Positions 1-11,079 of a DNA stretch of 32,000 nt are shown one piece after another. Location: contig JBGQBI010000001.1 in NCBI GenBank assembly GCA_041494705.1, positions 330,001 through 362,000 on the forward strand, in the 5' to 3' direction. Every line of letters starts with the position of its first letter. The first letter of the stretch is position 1. The stretch comes from Candidatus Methanoperedens sp. GTDB lineage: Archaea; Halobacteriota; Methanosarcinia; Methanosarcinales; Methanoperedenaceae. The notes below the pieces were generated by a model that was given only the letters and a program-made list of their open reading frames with translations, was not told where the DNA came from and did not search any database. The position numbers and the translations under genes were made by a program.

Positions 1-1964
<1,964 letters not shown>

Positions 1965-1976
1965 AGGAGAATAAGT

Positions 1977-2264
1977 ATGGAAACTGATATTAACAAAGTA
2001 TTAAGAAATGTTTTATCAACAGGAAAAGTAGTAATCGGCTCAAGGCAGACCACGGATGCTGTAAAGAACGGCAAAGCGCAGGTTGTTGTCGTGTCGTCCA
2101 ATTGCTTTGAAAAGACCATGAATGAAGTGAAGGACGTGCCTGTTATCAAATACGCGGGAACGAGCGTTGACCTTGGAGTTGCATGCGGCAAACCGTTTTC
2201 GATTGCTGCGCTTGCAGTGCTGGAACCGGGAGAGTCGGAAATACTCTCTTTCAAGGGAGAATGA
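1977..2264 (+). CDS. rpl30e: 50S ribosomal protein L30e
   Basis: 95 aa with GKVVIGSRQTTDAVKNGKAQVVVVSSNC...YAGTSVDLGVACGKPF, typical of the L30e/L7Ae fold. GGAG Shine-Dalgarno 8 nt upstream; conserved position after rpoA''. Confidence 0.9.
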   Translation: METDINKVLRNVLSTGKVVIGSRQTTDAVKNGKAQVVVVSSNCFEKTMNEVKDVPVIKYAGTSVDLGVACGKPFSIAALAVLEPGESEILSFKGE

Positions 2265-2265
2265 G

Positions 2266-2314
2266 TTTGACGAACCCCGTCTAAAAAGGAATGATAATCA
2301 ATGGGTTCATCAAA
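2266..2314 (+). repeat. Direct repeat copy 1 of the nusA translation-initiation region (hairpin arms + SD-like box + ATGGGTTCATCAAA)
   Basis: The 36-nt core GTCTAAAAAGGAATGATAATCAATGGGTTCATCAAA (2279-2314) is identical to 2402-2437. Flanking TTTGACGAACC matches TTTGATGAACC in copy 2. Period 124 nt. Confidence 0.9.
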
Positions 2315-2389
2315 AAACTTTAAGAAAGTTTTATCAAACGAGGGGTATGCTGCGCATACCCCAACACCGCATAAAGTGAGGTGTCGCTT

Positions 2390-2437
2390 TTTGATGAACC
2401 TGTCTAAAAAGGAATGATAATCAATGGGTTCATCAAA
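2390..2437 (+). repeat. Direct repeat copy 2, containing the real nusA start codon inside an 11-bp-stem hairpin
   Basis: 2390-2400 TTTGATGAACC is the perfect reverse complement of 2427-2437 GGTTCATCAAA. The 26-nt loop holds AAGGAATGATAATC (SD-like) and the ATG at 2424. Confidence 0.9.
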
Positions 2438-2867
2438 GAGTGAAGTCAAGTTAAGCACTGATGGAATACGGTATATAGCATTATTTGAAAACCTGACAGG
2501 TGCGAGGGCGAGAGATTGCTATGAGGATTCAGAGAACAACCGGTTGTTGTTTGTTGTCAAAAACGGCGATATGGGATTGGCAATCGGGAAAGGCGGGGAC
2601 AATATCAACCGCGTGAAGAAGGCAATCGGAAAACATATTGAAATTATCGAACATTCCGATGACCCGGCAGAGTTCGTGAAAAATGCATTTCATCCTATAT
2701 CCGTGAAAAATATAAGTATTTCAGTTACTGATGGCAAGCGTATAGCTTATGTAGAAGTTCCAACTAAAGAGAAGGGGCTTGCCATCGGGAGAGACGGCAA
2801 AAATATCGAAAAGGTAAAAAAGCTCTCCTTAAGGCACCACAATATAAACGATGTGATTATTCAGTAA
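2424..2867 (+). CDS. nusA: Archaeal NusA-like transcription termination/antitermination protein (two KH domains)
   Basis: 147 aa with two KH GXXG loops ([16 protein letters not shown] and [16 protein letters not shown]). Conserved position between L30e and S12. Confidence 0.88.
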   Translation: MGSSKSEVKLSTDGIRYIALFENLTGARARDCYEDSENNRLLFVVKNGDMGLAIGKGGDNINRVKKAIGKHIEIIEHSDDPAEFVKNAFHPISVKNISISVTDGKRIAYVEVPTKEKGLAIGRDGKNIEKVKKLSLRHHNINDVIIQ

Positions 2868-2895
2868 TCAAAATTATTTGGAGGAAAAAAACTAC

Positions 2896-3324
2896 ATGGG
2901 AAAAGGAATATTCGCGGCTCGCAAACTAAAGAGCGATAGTAAAAATTTCAGATGGGCAGATGGTGATTATGCAAGACGGGCTCTTAACCTGGACGTAAAG
3001 GCAGACCCTCTCGGGGGAGCGCCCCAGGCACGAGGTATTGCGCTTGAAAAAGTCGGAATTGAGGCAAAACAACCAAATTCAGCTATACGAAAATGCATAC
3101 GCCTTCAGCTTATCAAGAACGGGAAACAAATATCGGCATTTTGCCCCGGTGACGGCGCGATCAATTTCATTGATGAACACGATGAAGTAATCGTGGAACG
3201 GATAGGCGGCAGAATGGGCGGTGCTATGGGAGATATCCCGGGCGTACGCTGGAAAGTGGTTGCTGTGAACAACGTGAACCTGAGAATGCTTGTTCTTGGC
3301 AAGAAGGAAAAACCGGTGAGATAA
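2896..3324 (+). CDS. rps12: 30S ribosomal protein S12 (uS12)
   Basis: [12 protein letters not shown]... with the conserved [31 protein letters not shown] prefer ATG 2896 (GGAGG at 2879-2883) over the TTG at 2878 given by the ORF track. Confidence 0.93.
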   Translation: MGKGIFAARKLKSDSKNFRWADGDYARRALNLDVKADPLGGAPQARGIALEKVGIEAKQPNSAIRKCIRLQLIKNGKQISAFCPGDGAINFIDEHDEVIVERIGGRMGGAMGDIPGVRWKVVAVNNVNLRMLVLGKKEKPVR

Positions 3325-3325
3325 T

Positions 3326-3886
3326 ATGCAAAAATTATTCGGGAAATGGGATTTTACTGAAGTTGAGGTTAAAGACCCAAGCGTCAAAGGCTATATCAAT
3401 CTCTTACCGATCGTTATTCCGCACTCCGGCGGCAGGAATGCAAAACAGCAGTTCAGTAAATCGACATATAACATCGTTGAGCGGCTTGTCAATAAGATAA
3501 TGCGTGAAGAAAACAACACGGGGCAGAAGATAACGGTTATCAATAATATTAAGGAAGCTTTTGAAATCATCAATAAGAAAACGGGACAGAATCCCGTGCA
3601 GATGCTTGTGAATGCGATAATAAACGCAGGGCCAAGAGAGGAAACTGTACGATTGCAGTACGGCGGTATCGCAGTTCCGAAATCCGTGGACACAGCGCCC
3701 CAGCGCCGTGTGGATACGGCGTTGCGGCTCATAGCCGAGGGGGCGCAGAAGGCGTCTTTCGGCACAAAGAAGGCGCTTTCGAGCGCTCTTGCAGATGAGA
3801 TAATCGCAGCAGCCAACCATGACGTTAAAGGATACGCCATGGGCAAGAAGGACAATATCGAGAGAGTTGCGAAGGCGGCGCGGTAA
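3326..3886 (+). CDS. rps7: 30S ribosomal protein S7 (uS7)
   Basis: 186 aa. NAIINAGPREETVRLQYGGIAVPKSVDTAPQRRVDTALR is a typical archaeal S7 sequence. The gene starts 2 nt after the S12 stop. Confidence 0.93.
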   Translation: MQKLFGKWDFTEVEVKDPSVKGYINLLPIVIPHSGGRNAKQQFSKSTYNIVERLVNKIMREENNTGQKITVINNIKEAFEIINKKTGQNPVQMLVNAIINAGPREETVRLQYGGIAVPKSVDTAPQRRVDTALRLIAEGAQKASFGTKKALSSALADEIIAAANHDVKGYAMGKKDNIERVAKAAR

Positions 3887-3891
3887 AATCG

Positions 3892-3927
3892 CATAACCTC
3901 AGGGTTATGTGATACTTTTTTTTATTT
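3892..3927 (+). terminator. Hairpin plus oligo-T after rps7
   Basis: CATAACC (3892-3898) pairs with GGTTATG (3903-3909) around loop TCAG. A T8 run at about 3916-3923 and more T follow. Confidence 0.5.
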
Positions 3928-4062
3928 TCCCATCCGGTTCATACCGTACTCACTTATAAAAGCATTTTTCCTTATCCCGTAATGTTTTTCCGGTTTTCAA
4001 AGTGTTTATATAGGATAGAATAATAGAGAACCAAAATTTCCAATAAAAGAGGTAAATCATAT

Positions 4063-6252
4063 ATGGGCAGAAGAAAGAAAATGGTCGAGCGTGTGACGGT
4101 GCTGATGGATAAACCCGAGTTTATCCGCAACATCGGAACAGTGGCGCATATCGACCACGGTAAAACAACATTCTCAGATAACCTGCTCGCAGGAGCCGGC
4201 ATGATTTCAAAAGAGCTGGCAGGCGAGCAGTTATTCATGGACTTTGATGAAGAAGAACAGAGACGTGGAATTACCATTGATTCTGCAACGGTCTCAATGG
4301 TCCACGAATATGATGGCAAGGAATACCTTATCAACCTTATCGATACGCCGGGACACGTTGACTTCGGCGGCGACGTTACACGCGCGATGAGAGCCGTTGA
4401 TGGCGCGGTTGTGCTGGTTGACGCGGTGGAAGGACCGATGCCGCAGACCGAGACCGTATTGCGGCAGGCGCTTCGTGAGAACGTAAAGCCAATTCTTTTC
4501 ATTAACAAGGTTGACAGACTTATTAATGAGTTAAAGCTCACTCCGGAGGACATGCAAATGCGTCTGGGGCTTGTCATTGATAAAGTCAATAAGATAGTTA
4601 AAGGTCTGAAGCCTGATCAGTATGATGACCTGAAGCTGGACCCTGTAGTTGGAAAAGTTGCATTCGGGTCAGCCCTTAATAACTGGGCAATCAGCATTCC
4701 TTATATGAAGAAGACTGGCATCGGATTTAAGGAAATTATCGAATTATGCCAGGCTGAAAAGCAGAATGTACTTGCTGAAAAATGTCCGCTTCATGTTGTA
4801 ATGAATGACATGATCATACGATTCCTTCCAAGCCCAGTCCAGGCACAAAAAGAGCGAATAAAAGTCATCTGGCACGGCGATAAGGAGAGCGAAATCGGAA
4901 AATCCATGATAGAAGTGGACAGGAACGGCAAGGTAGCTCTTATGATAACCGATATCACCACCGACCCGCATGCAGGTGAAGTGGCAAGCGGAAGGCTTTT
5001 CTCCGGTACTCTTGAGAGGGGTAAGGAAATTTACATTTCAGGAATGCCCCATCCTAACAGGATACAGTCAGTAGGTCTCTTCATGGGTCCTGAGCGAATT
5101 GAGTGCGATAAAATCCCTGCCGGAAATATCGTAGCAGTAACCGGTTTGACTGATGCGATAGTGGGTTCGACAGCCTCTACAGATAAAAGCATGACGCCAT
5201 TTGAGAGCATAAGACATGTCAGCGAGCCCGTAATGACCGTAGCGGTCGAAGCAAAACACATGAAAGACCTGCCAAAACTGGTTGAAGTATTAAGGCAGGT
5301 CGCAAAAGAAGACCCCACACTTAAAGTAATGATAAACCAGGAAACAGGAGAGCATTTGCTGGCAGGAATGGGTGAACTTCATCTTGAGGTTGTTGCAGGC
5401 AGGATACAGCGCGACAAACATGTTGAGATTACAACATCAAAGCCGCTTGTAGTATACAGGGAAACAATCTCAACTCATGCCGGGCCTGTAGAAGGGAAAT
5501 CCCCTAACCGGCATAACAGGTTTTATATCGAAGTGGAACCGCTCGGGCAAAATGTTGTCGAACTTATCAAGAATAATGAAGTTTCAATGAGGCAACCTGA
5601 AGTTGAGCGCAGGGACATTCTCTTGAAAGTAGGTTTTACCAAGGATGAAGCGAAGGGAATTACCCATATCTATGAGACCAATATGTTTATCGATATGACA
5701 AAAGGTATCCAGTATTTAAATGAAACAATGGAACTCATACTCGAAGGCTTTGAAGAAGTCATGAAGGCCGGACCGCTGTCAAGAGAACCTGTAATGGGAG
5801 TCAAGGTAAAATTGATGGATGCCAAACTCCACGAAGATACAATCCACAGGGGACCGGCGCAGGTCATCCCGGCGTCAAGACAGGCAATCCAGGCTGCAAT
5901 GCTCATGGCAGGAGCTACGCTCCTTGAACCATTCCAGAAAGTATTCATCCATGTTCCCCAGGACCAGATGGGCGGCGCGATGCGTGAAATGCAGGGAAGG
6001 CGCGGTTCCATACTTGATATGAAATCAGAAGGCGATACCACAATTATCGAGGCCAAGGCGCCTGTTGCGCAGTTGTTCGGATTTTCCGGCGATATACGCT
6101 CTGCAACCGAAGGCAGGGCAATGTGGAGCACGGAATTTGTGGGATTTGAACCCATACCCGGGAACATGCTCAATGATATCGTGATGGATATCAGGAAACG
6201 CAAAGGATTGAAACTCGAATTGCCAAAACCGAGTGATTTCATCAGTCCCTGA
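4063..6252 (+). CDS. fusA: Translation elongation factor 2 (aEF-2)
   Basis: 729 aa with G-domain motifs [17 protein letters not shown] and NKVDR. The diphthamide-site context [15 protein letters not shown] is present. Confidence 0.97.
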   Translation: MGRRKKMVERVTVLMDKPEFIRNIGTVAHIDHGKTTFSDNLLAGAGMISKELAGEQLFMDFDEEEQRRGITIDSATVSMVHEYDGKEYLINLIDTPGHVDFGGDVTRAMRAVDGAVVLVDAVEGPMPQTETVLRQALRENVKPILFINKVDRLINELKLTPEDMQMRLGLVIDKVNKIVKGLKPDQYDDLKLDPVVGKVAFGSALNNWAISIPYMKKTGIGFKEIIELCQAEKQNVLAEKCPLHVVMNDMIIRFLPSPVQAQKERIKVIWHGDKESEIGKSMIEVDRNGKVALMITDITTDPHAGEVASGRLFSGTLERGKEIYISGMPHPNRIQSVGLFMGPERIECDKIPAGNIVAVTGLTDAIVGSTASTDKSMTPFESIRHVSEPVMTVAVEAKHMKDLPKLVEVLRQVAKEDPTLKVMINQETGEHLLAGMGELHLEVVAGRIQRDKHVEITTSKPLVVYRETISTHAGPVEGKSPNRHNRFYIEVEPLGQNVVELIKNNEVSMRQPEVERRDILLKVGFTKDEAKGITHIYETNMFIDMTKGIQYLNETMELILEGFEEVMKAGPLSREPVMGVKVKLMDAKLHEDTIHRGPAQVIPASRQAIQAAMLMAGATLLEPFQKVFIHVPQDQMGGAMREMQGRRGSILDMKSEGDTTIIEAKAPVAQLFGFSGDIRSATEGRAMWSTEFVGFEPIPGNMLNDIVMDIRKRKGLKLELPKPSDFISP

Positions 6253-6326
6253 ACAACGCAAAGTTTAAAAACAAAAACAACAATACGAACACAAAACATA
6301 TCCTAAAAAATTAAAGGAGAAATATT

Positions 6327-7595
6327 ATGGCAGAGAAACCACATTTAAATTTAGCAGTTATCGGGCATATTGACCATGGGAAATCAACTCTCGTAGGAAG
6401 ATTATTGTTTGAAACTGGCGCGGTACCACCGCATATTATAGAAAAGTATAGAGAAGAAGCAAAAGCGAAAGGAAAAGAATCCTTCGTCTTTGCATGGGTC
6501 ATGGACTCTCTTAAGGAAGAGAGGGACAGGGGTATCACAATCGACGTGGCTCACCAGCGATTCGATACCGCAAAATACTATTTCACGATAGTGGATTGTC
6601 CCGGTCACAGGGACTTCGTCAAGAACATGATCACAGGCGCCTCACAGGCGGACGCAGCCATTCTGGTATGCGCTGCTAAAGAGGGTGTCCAGTCACAGAC
6701 AAAAGAACACGTGTTTCTTGCAAGGACGCTGGGTATTACCCAGTTAATCATAGCAATCAACAAGATTGATGAAGTCAACTATGACAAGGCACGATATGAT
6801 GCGGTTAAAACCGAGGTCAGCACCCTTCTTAAAATGGTCGGCTATAAACCGGATGAAATGAACTTCATCCCTACGTCAGCTTTCAAAGGCGATAACCTTG
6901 CCAAGCCAAGCGAGAATACCAAATGGTATACAGGACCGACATTGCTGGCATCTCTTGATATGTTGAAAATGCCAGAGAAACCCACGACATTACCACTTCG
7001 CATTCCTGTCCAAGATGCTTACACCATATCAGGTATCGGAACAGTTCCGGTAGGTAGAGTTGAGACCGGAGTAATGAAGCCAGGTGATAAAATAATATTC
7101 ATGCCGGCAAAAGCTGTTGGTGAAGTAAAATCAATTGAAATGCATCACCAGGAGATCAAGGAAGCGGTACCTGGCGATAACATAGGATGGAACGTTAGAG
7201 GTGTTGAGAAGAAAGATATCAGGCGCGGAGACGTCTGCGGACATGTTAGCAAACCGCCAACAGTTGCGGAAGAATTCACTGCACAAATTGTAGTACTGCA
7301 GCACCCGTCAGCAATTACCATTGGTTATACGCCCGTCCTGCACTGCCATACAGCACAGGTTGCAGGCACGATCACAGCGATATTAAAGAAACTTGATCCA
7401 AAGACCGGCCAGACGGCTGCAGAAAATCCCGACTTCATAAAAGCCGGAGATGCCGCAATTGTGACGATCAAACCGGCAAAACCATTGTGTATCGAAAAAG
7501 TGAAAGATATTCCTCAGCTCGGTCGCTTTGCGATACGGGATATGGGAATGACCATTGCAGCAGGCATGGTTCAGGACATTAAGGCGAGAATTTAA
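6327..7595 (+). CDS. tuf: Translation elongation factor 1-alpha (aEF-1alpha)
   Basis: 422 aa with [17 protein letters not shown] and NKID. AGGAG SD upstream. Confidence 0.97.
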   Translation: MAEKPHLNLAVIGHIDHGKSTLVGRLLFETGAVPPHIIEKYREEAKAKGKESFVFAWVMDSLKEERDRGITIDVAHQRFDTAKYYFTIVDCPGHRDFVKNMITGASQADAAILVCAAKEGVQSQTKEHVFLARTLGITQLIIAINKIDEVNYDKARYDAVKTEVSTLLKMVGYKPDEMNFIPTSAFKGDNLAKPSENTKWYTGPTLLASLDMLKMPEKPTTLPLRIPVQDAYTISGIGTVPVGRVETGVMKPGDKIIFMPAKAVGEVKSIEMHHQEIKEAVPGDNIGWNVRGVEKKDIRRGDVCGHVSKPPTVAEEFTAQIVVLQHPSAITIGYTPVLHCHTAQVAGTITAILKKLDPKTGQTAAENPDFIKAGDAAIVTIKPAKPLCIEKVKDIPQLGRFAIRDMGMTIAAGMVQDIKARI

Positions 7596-7629
7596 TTCTC
7601 GTTCTTTCTCTTTTTAAAACGGAGTTAAA

Positions 7630-7941
7630 ATGGTCCAAAAGGCAAGAATACGTTTATCAGGAACAAGTCCTGTTACACTTGATGGGATATGTTCCCAGGT
7701 AAAAGACATAGCAATAAAAACCGGAGTAAATATCTCCGGTCCGGTTCCCCTTCCAACCAAGAAACTGGTGGTTCCGTGCAGGAAAAGCCCGGATGGCGAG
7801 GGGAGCGCAACGTGGGACCACTGGGAGATGAGAGTGCACAAAAGGCTCATCGACCTTGATGCTGATGAGCGGGCTTTGCGCCAGTTAATGCGCATACAGG
7901 TGCCAAAAGATATCAGTATCGAAATAGTCCTGACGACTTAA
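7630..7941 (+). CDS. rps10: 30S ribosomal protein S10 (uS10)
   Basis: 103 aa, [18 protein letters not shown]...HKRLIDL. Conserved position after tuf. Confidence 0.93.
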   Translation: MVQKARIRLSGTSPVTLDGICSQVKDIAIKTGVNISGPVPLPTKKLVVPCRKSPDGEGSATWDHWEMRVHKRLIDLDADERALRQLMRIQVPKDISIEIVLTT

Positions 7942-7942
7942 A

Positions 7943-7980
7943 AATGGTTAGTTTTAACCATTTTCATATTTTTATTTTTT
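7943..7980 (+). terminator. Hairpin plus T-runs ending the rpoA-to-rps10 transcription unit
   Basis: AATGGTTA (7943-7950), loop GTTT, then TAACCATT (7955-7962), a perfect 8-bp stem. TTCATATTTTTATTTTTT follows. Confidence 0.55.
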
Positions 7981-7992
7981 AACATTCATAAG

Positions 7993-8003
7993 TTTTAATA
8001 TTA
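7993..8003 (+). promoter_or_regulatory. Candidate TATA box for the pilin-like operon (possibly a leaderless transcript)
   Basis: TTTTAATATTA is centred about 26 nt upstream of the GTG at 8024. No SD-like element lies in between. Confidence 0.3.
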
Positions 8004-8023
8004 TTGAACGCTTAATTAAAGTT

Positions 8024-8527
8024 GTGAAAAACGAGAAAAGCGATTCAGCCCAAGTAACTATAGATTATATCACAGGCATCGGGATATTTCTACTGGCTGT
8101 TATTTTTGTATTCCAGTTCGTTTATGGTTTGTTCGTGCCCTTCCAGTCGGGCTCGGATAAGGCGACGCTTGCCGCGGACAGGGCAGGAACCGTACTTGTT
8201 GAACGTATGCTTCATGCAGATAAAGCAAGTGAGTTGAATGTCATAGACCAGGGCAAATTATATTATTTCAATAATTCGAGATTGAATTATTACAACCCGA
8301 CTAACTATAATGCCGCGCTTCGGGAAATCGGGCTGTTCAGCAATGAATCCGTTTTTGATATGAATGTAACGGTTGCCAATCTTACTAATCTAAACAAACC
8401 GATGAACCAGAGCGGACCTGCGCTCCCCGAAACCACCGATATCGGGCAGACTAAACGCCTTGTATTGATCGTAAATTCCTCCACGGGCTATAATGAAACT
8501 GCTATCCTTTCAGTGAGGGTCTGGTAA
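8024..8527 (+). CDS. Pilin-like protein 1 (class III signal peptide-like N-terminus, secreted glycoprotein candidate)
   Basis: 167 aa, GTG start. The N-terminus MKNEKSDSA/QVTIDYITGIGIFLLAVIFVFQFVYGLF is a short charged leader, then Ala-Gln, then about 25 hydrophobic residues. About 7 N-X-S/T sequons. 1-nt overlap with the next gene. From memory it resembles the haloarchaeal DUF7287-type N-terminus; not searched. Confidence 0.6.
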   Translation: MKNEKSDSAQVTIDYITGIGIFLLAVIFVFQFVYGLFVPFQSGSDKATLAADRAGTVLVERMLHADKASELNVIDQGKLYYFNNSRLNYYNPTNYNAALREIGLFSNESVFDMNVTVANLTNLNKPMNQSGPALPETTDIGQTKRLVLIVNSSTGYNETAILSVRVW

Positions 8528-9108
8528 TGTTTGATGATAAAGCCCAGATGCATACCCTGGAGGGCGTGGCTGCTGCTACAATAATGCTTCTTGTCATAGT
8601 TTATGCCATAGACGCGACCTCGATGACGCCGCTTACTTCTTCAACCGCAAACGTGCATGTGGAAACCGAGCTTCAGGTGCTCGGGCAGGATATTTTAGGG
8701 GGGCTGGATTATGCCGAGCCTGGATATAATTCAAAGCTTAAGAATGATGTATTGAGGTGGAATGGTAGTGAATATACCTGGAATGGAACAAATTATACAG
8801 ATAAGTTAAATACTGCAAATCCTCCACTTAACAATAACCTGACAAACATCACGAACGCTATTTTAGTCACGCAGGGCATTGCCCATAATGTGGAGCTGAC
8901 CTTTCTTGCGAACAATGGGACTACTTATACAACCCAGCGAATGATATACAACGGCGACCCCTCAGAAAACGCTGTGATTGTGTCAAGGAAAATCGTATTG
9001 CATAGCAGTGATAATCCAAATAAGAATAATACTCTATTAACTGATATCAGTCCCTCAACCGACCTATACAATATCGTTGATGTAAAACTTATTTTATGGA
9101 GAATGTGA
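8527..9108 (+). CDS. Pilin-like protein 2
   Basis: 193 aa. MFDDKA/QMHTLEGVAAATIMLLVIVYAI recalls the AQ-HTLE-type motif of DUF7288-like proteins (from memory). About 7 sequons. Coupled to both neighbours. Confidence 0.6.
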   Translation: MFDDKAQMHTLEGVAAATIMLLVIVYAIDATSMTPLTSSTANVHVETELQVLGQDILGGLDYAEPGYNSKLKNDVLRWNGSEYTWNGTNYTDKLNTANPPLNNNLTNITNAILVTQGIAHNVELTFLANNGTTYTTQRMIYNGDPSENAVIVSRKIVLHSSDNPNKNNTLLTDISPSTDLYNIVDVKLILWRM

Positions 9109-9863
9109 TGGGAATAATAAAAAACGAGGATGCTCAGTTTATGCTGCTTGCAGGTTTCATTATTGCTATCGGACTTGTAATAACCACGGTAATGCTCAAT
9201 AATATCATATTCGAAAGCAATATGGCAGGGGAAGCAGGAGGAGACCCCATAAAATATGATATAGTGAACCTGATGCGTATCAGCGGGGATGAAATGAAAA
9301 GCGCTTACAGGAATGCAACTGCACTTGGGGGAAATGATACACAAAAGAGAAGTAATTTTATCAATCAGACACAAAATTTCAGCGCAAACCTGCCCAAGCT
9401 GTACGCGCTGCATGGGGAGGGTGTGAATGTGAGCTGGGATATAAGCAACTGGAACACCACTACTCCACGCTATGCGAATTTCACAGATAACGGGACTGCA
9501 AATGGCGCAACGAACTGGACAGTTGTGGAAAGTGTTAATAATGCAACGATAGCCGTCAATATAACTGCAATAACATCCCCCTTTAATATAAGTATTACAA
9601 ACGCAACAAAAACTTGGCAAATAAACTTCACTTCAATAGGGAATCGCACAATTAATAATGCTGATATCAAGGCAAATATAACATCAGCATATAATATCTC
9701 ATTCGTAAACGGTGCAAATGCGTATGGCAACTACAGCATCAACGGCACAGCATCAGGCAGAGGCTTCATCCGCGCCCGCGATTACATCCTTTACTCAACA
9801 GTAACCCTTTCCACCAGCATTATGCGCGCCAGTATCACAATTCCTGTTTCAGTGCCGTGGTGA
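9096..9863 (+). CDS. Pilin-like protein 3, extremely sequon-rich
   Basis: 255 aa; the start may instead be ATG 9108, overlapping the upstream TGA by 1 nt. N-terminus ...IIKNEDA/QFMLLAGFIIAIGLVITTVMLNNIIF. About 19 N-X-S/T sequons by hand count. Confidence 0.6.
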   Translation: MENVMGIIKNEDAQFMLLAGFIIAIGLVITTVMLNNIIFESNMAGEAGGDPIKYDIVNLMRISGDEMKSAYRNATALGGNDTQKRSNFINQTQNFSANLPKLYALHGEGVNVSWDISNWNTTTPRYANFTDNGTANGATNWTVVESVNNATIAVNITAITSPFNISITNATKTWQINFTSIGNRTINNADIKANITSAYNISFVNGANAYGNYSINGTASGRGFIRARDYILYSTVTLSTSIMRASITIPVSVPW

Positions 9864-10336
9864 AACCTATGAATCAAAAAAGTCTCCTGAAAAATGAGGA
9901 TGCAGTATCTATTACGCTAGGTTTCATTCTCATTTTATTCATTACAGTGCTGGTTTTCTCTGCAACCATTCTTTCTTTTTATACGCTCACTTTGAACTCC
10001 CAGAAGGCGGCAATGAGGGAAAGTTTTGATATCCTGGGAAGCGGATTTGCTGCAAGAGTAAACTCCATGGATACCCTCGTAAATATAACCAAATCAAACG
10101 GGGGCGCTGTGAACAAACTGGAATACGATTTTTCAATTCCCGCTTCCATTGCAAACGAGGAATATGGCATCAATATAACCAGGGAAAGGATATTTCTGGA
10201 TGCGGAAAATGATGCAAAAGCCTGGATACCTTTCAATTCTTCCTATAACATAACTGAGCAGATATACAGCAATGCGCAGGACTATACACTGAGGTACGAT
10301 AACAACAATAATTCAATGAAAATTAAACAGCAATGA
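9857..10336 (+). CDS. Pilin-like protein 4
   Basis: 159 aa; alternative start ATG 9869. N-terminus ...LLKNEDA/VSITLGFILILFITVLVFSATILSF. ATGA overlap with the next gene. Confidence 0.6.
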   Translation: MVKPMNQKSLLKNEDAVSITLGFILILFITVLVFSATILSFYTLTLNSQKAAMRESFDILGSGFAARVNSMDTLVNITKSNGGAVNKLEYDFSIPASIANEEYGINITRERIFLDAENDAKAWIPFNSSYNITEQIYSNAQDYTLRYDNNNNSMKIKQQ

Positions 10337-11079
10337 AATCCATTAAACTTCTTTCCTCGGAAGATGCAGTCTCTGAAGTAGTGGACTTTGTAACAATCCT
10401 CGGGTTACTGGTGTTATCCATCGGGATTATAGGAGTGGCAGGCTACCCGATAATAAAGAATGCGCAGGAGGCAAACCACATAGAAAATACCAAGCAGAGT
10501 TTTATCGTGCTGGCAAATAACGTCAATAAAGTTGTGATTGGGCAGGCGCCTTCACAGAGCGTTGAGCTGAAGATGTACGGCGGGTCGCTGAGTGTCACGG
10601 GAAGCAGCACGATAAACATTACAGCAAATAATTCAGCCGGTCTAAGAATACCCATTTTAAATGATACTCAAATGCGCAGTATTGAAAGTGTTGTAGGGGA
10701 AACTGTCGTAGCTTATGAGGGCACAGGAGTATGGGCCAAGTATCCGAACGGCAACACGATACTTGTTTCAAAGCCGCTTATTACCAACCAGAGCAATGTG
10801 CTCGTTATTCCTATCGTAACCATAGGAGGGATTTCATCAACAGGCGGCAGCGGCATGAGCAGGGTTACGGCTAAAGGTGTGCCGCGTGTGGTTTTCTATA
10901 AGAATGTAAGCAATATCATTGTAACAATCAACAGCACTTACTCAAAGGGATGGGAGAATTATTTTGGTAATGTGATGGCATGGAGTTTCTGTATATCCGG
11001 CGAATGCACCGCAAAACTTGATACTAAGAACATTGATGTATATATATTGAACATCCAATTAGACACGGAGGTCGAATGA
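10333..11079 (+). CDS. Pilin-like protein 5 (archaeal type IV pilin N-terminal domain-like; paralogue of protein 6)
   Basis: 248 aa. MKSIKLLSSEDA/VSEVVDFVTILGLLVLSIGIIG resembles the PF07790/DUF1628-type N-terminus. Shares the blocks VVAYEGTGVWAKYPNGNT and LVIPIVTIGGISSTGGSG with protein 6. Confidence 0.7.
   Translation: MKSIKLLSSEDAVSEVVDFVTILGLLVLSIGIIGVAGYPIIKNAQEANHIENTKQSFIVLANNVNKVVIGQAPSQSVELKMYGGSLSVTGSSTINITANNSAGLRIPILNDTQMRSIESVVGETVVAYEGTGVWAKYPNGNTILVSKPLITNQSNVLVIPIVTIGGISSTGGSGMSRVTAKGVPRVVFYKNVSNIIVTINSTYSKGWENYFGNVMAWSFCISGECTAKLDTKNIDVYILNIQLDTEVE

Noticed and set aside
2390-2445. Possible C/D-box sRNA (TGATGA at 2392-2397 and ATGATAA at 2414-2420 look like C and C' boxes)
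   Set aside because: No CTGA D or D' boxes occur at the required spacing. The terminal arms are fully Watson-Crick complementary rather than forming a kink-turn, and the element overlaps the nusA start codon.
8925-9620. 231-aa Cys-rich minus-strand ORF inside the pilin-like operon
   Set aside because: It is antisense to two coupled ORFs that have clear signal-peptide-like N-termini. The Cys/His richness follows from reverse-complementing Asn/Thr/Ala-rich coding sequence, and no upstream promoter or SD is visible.
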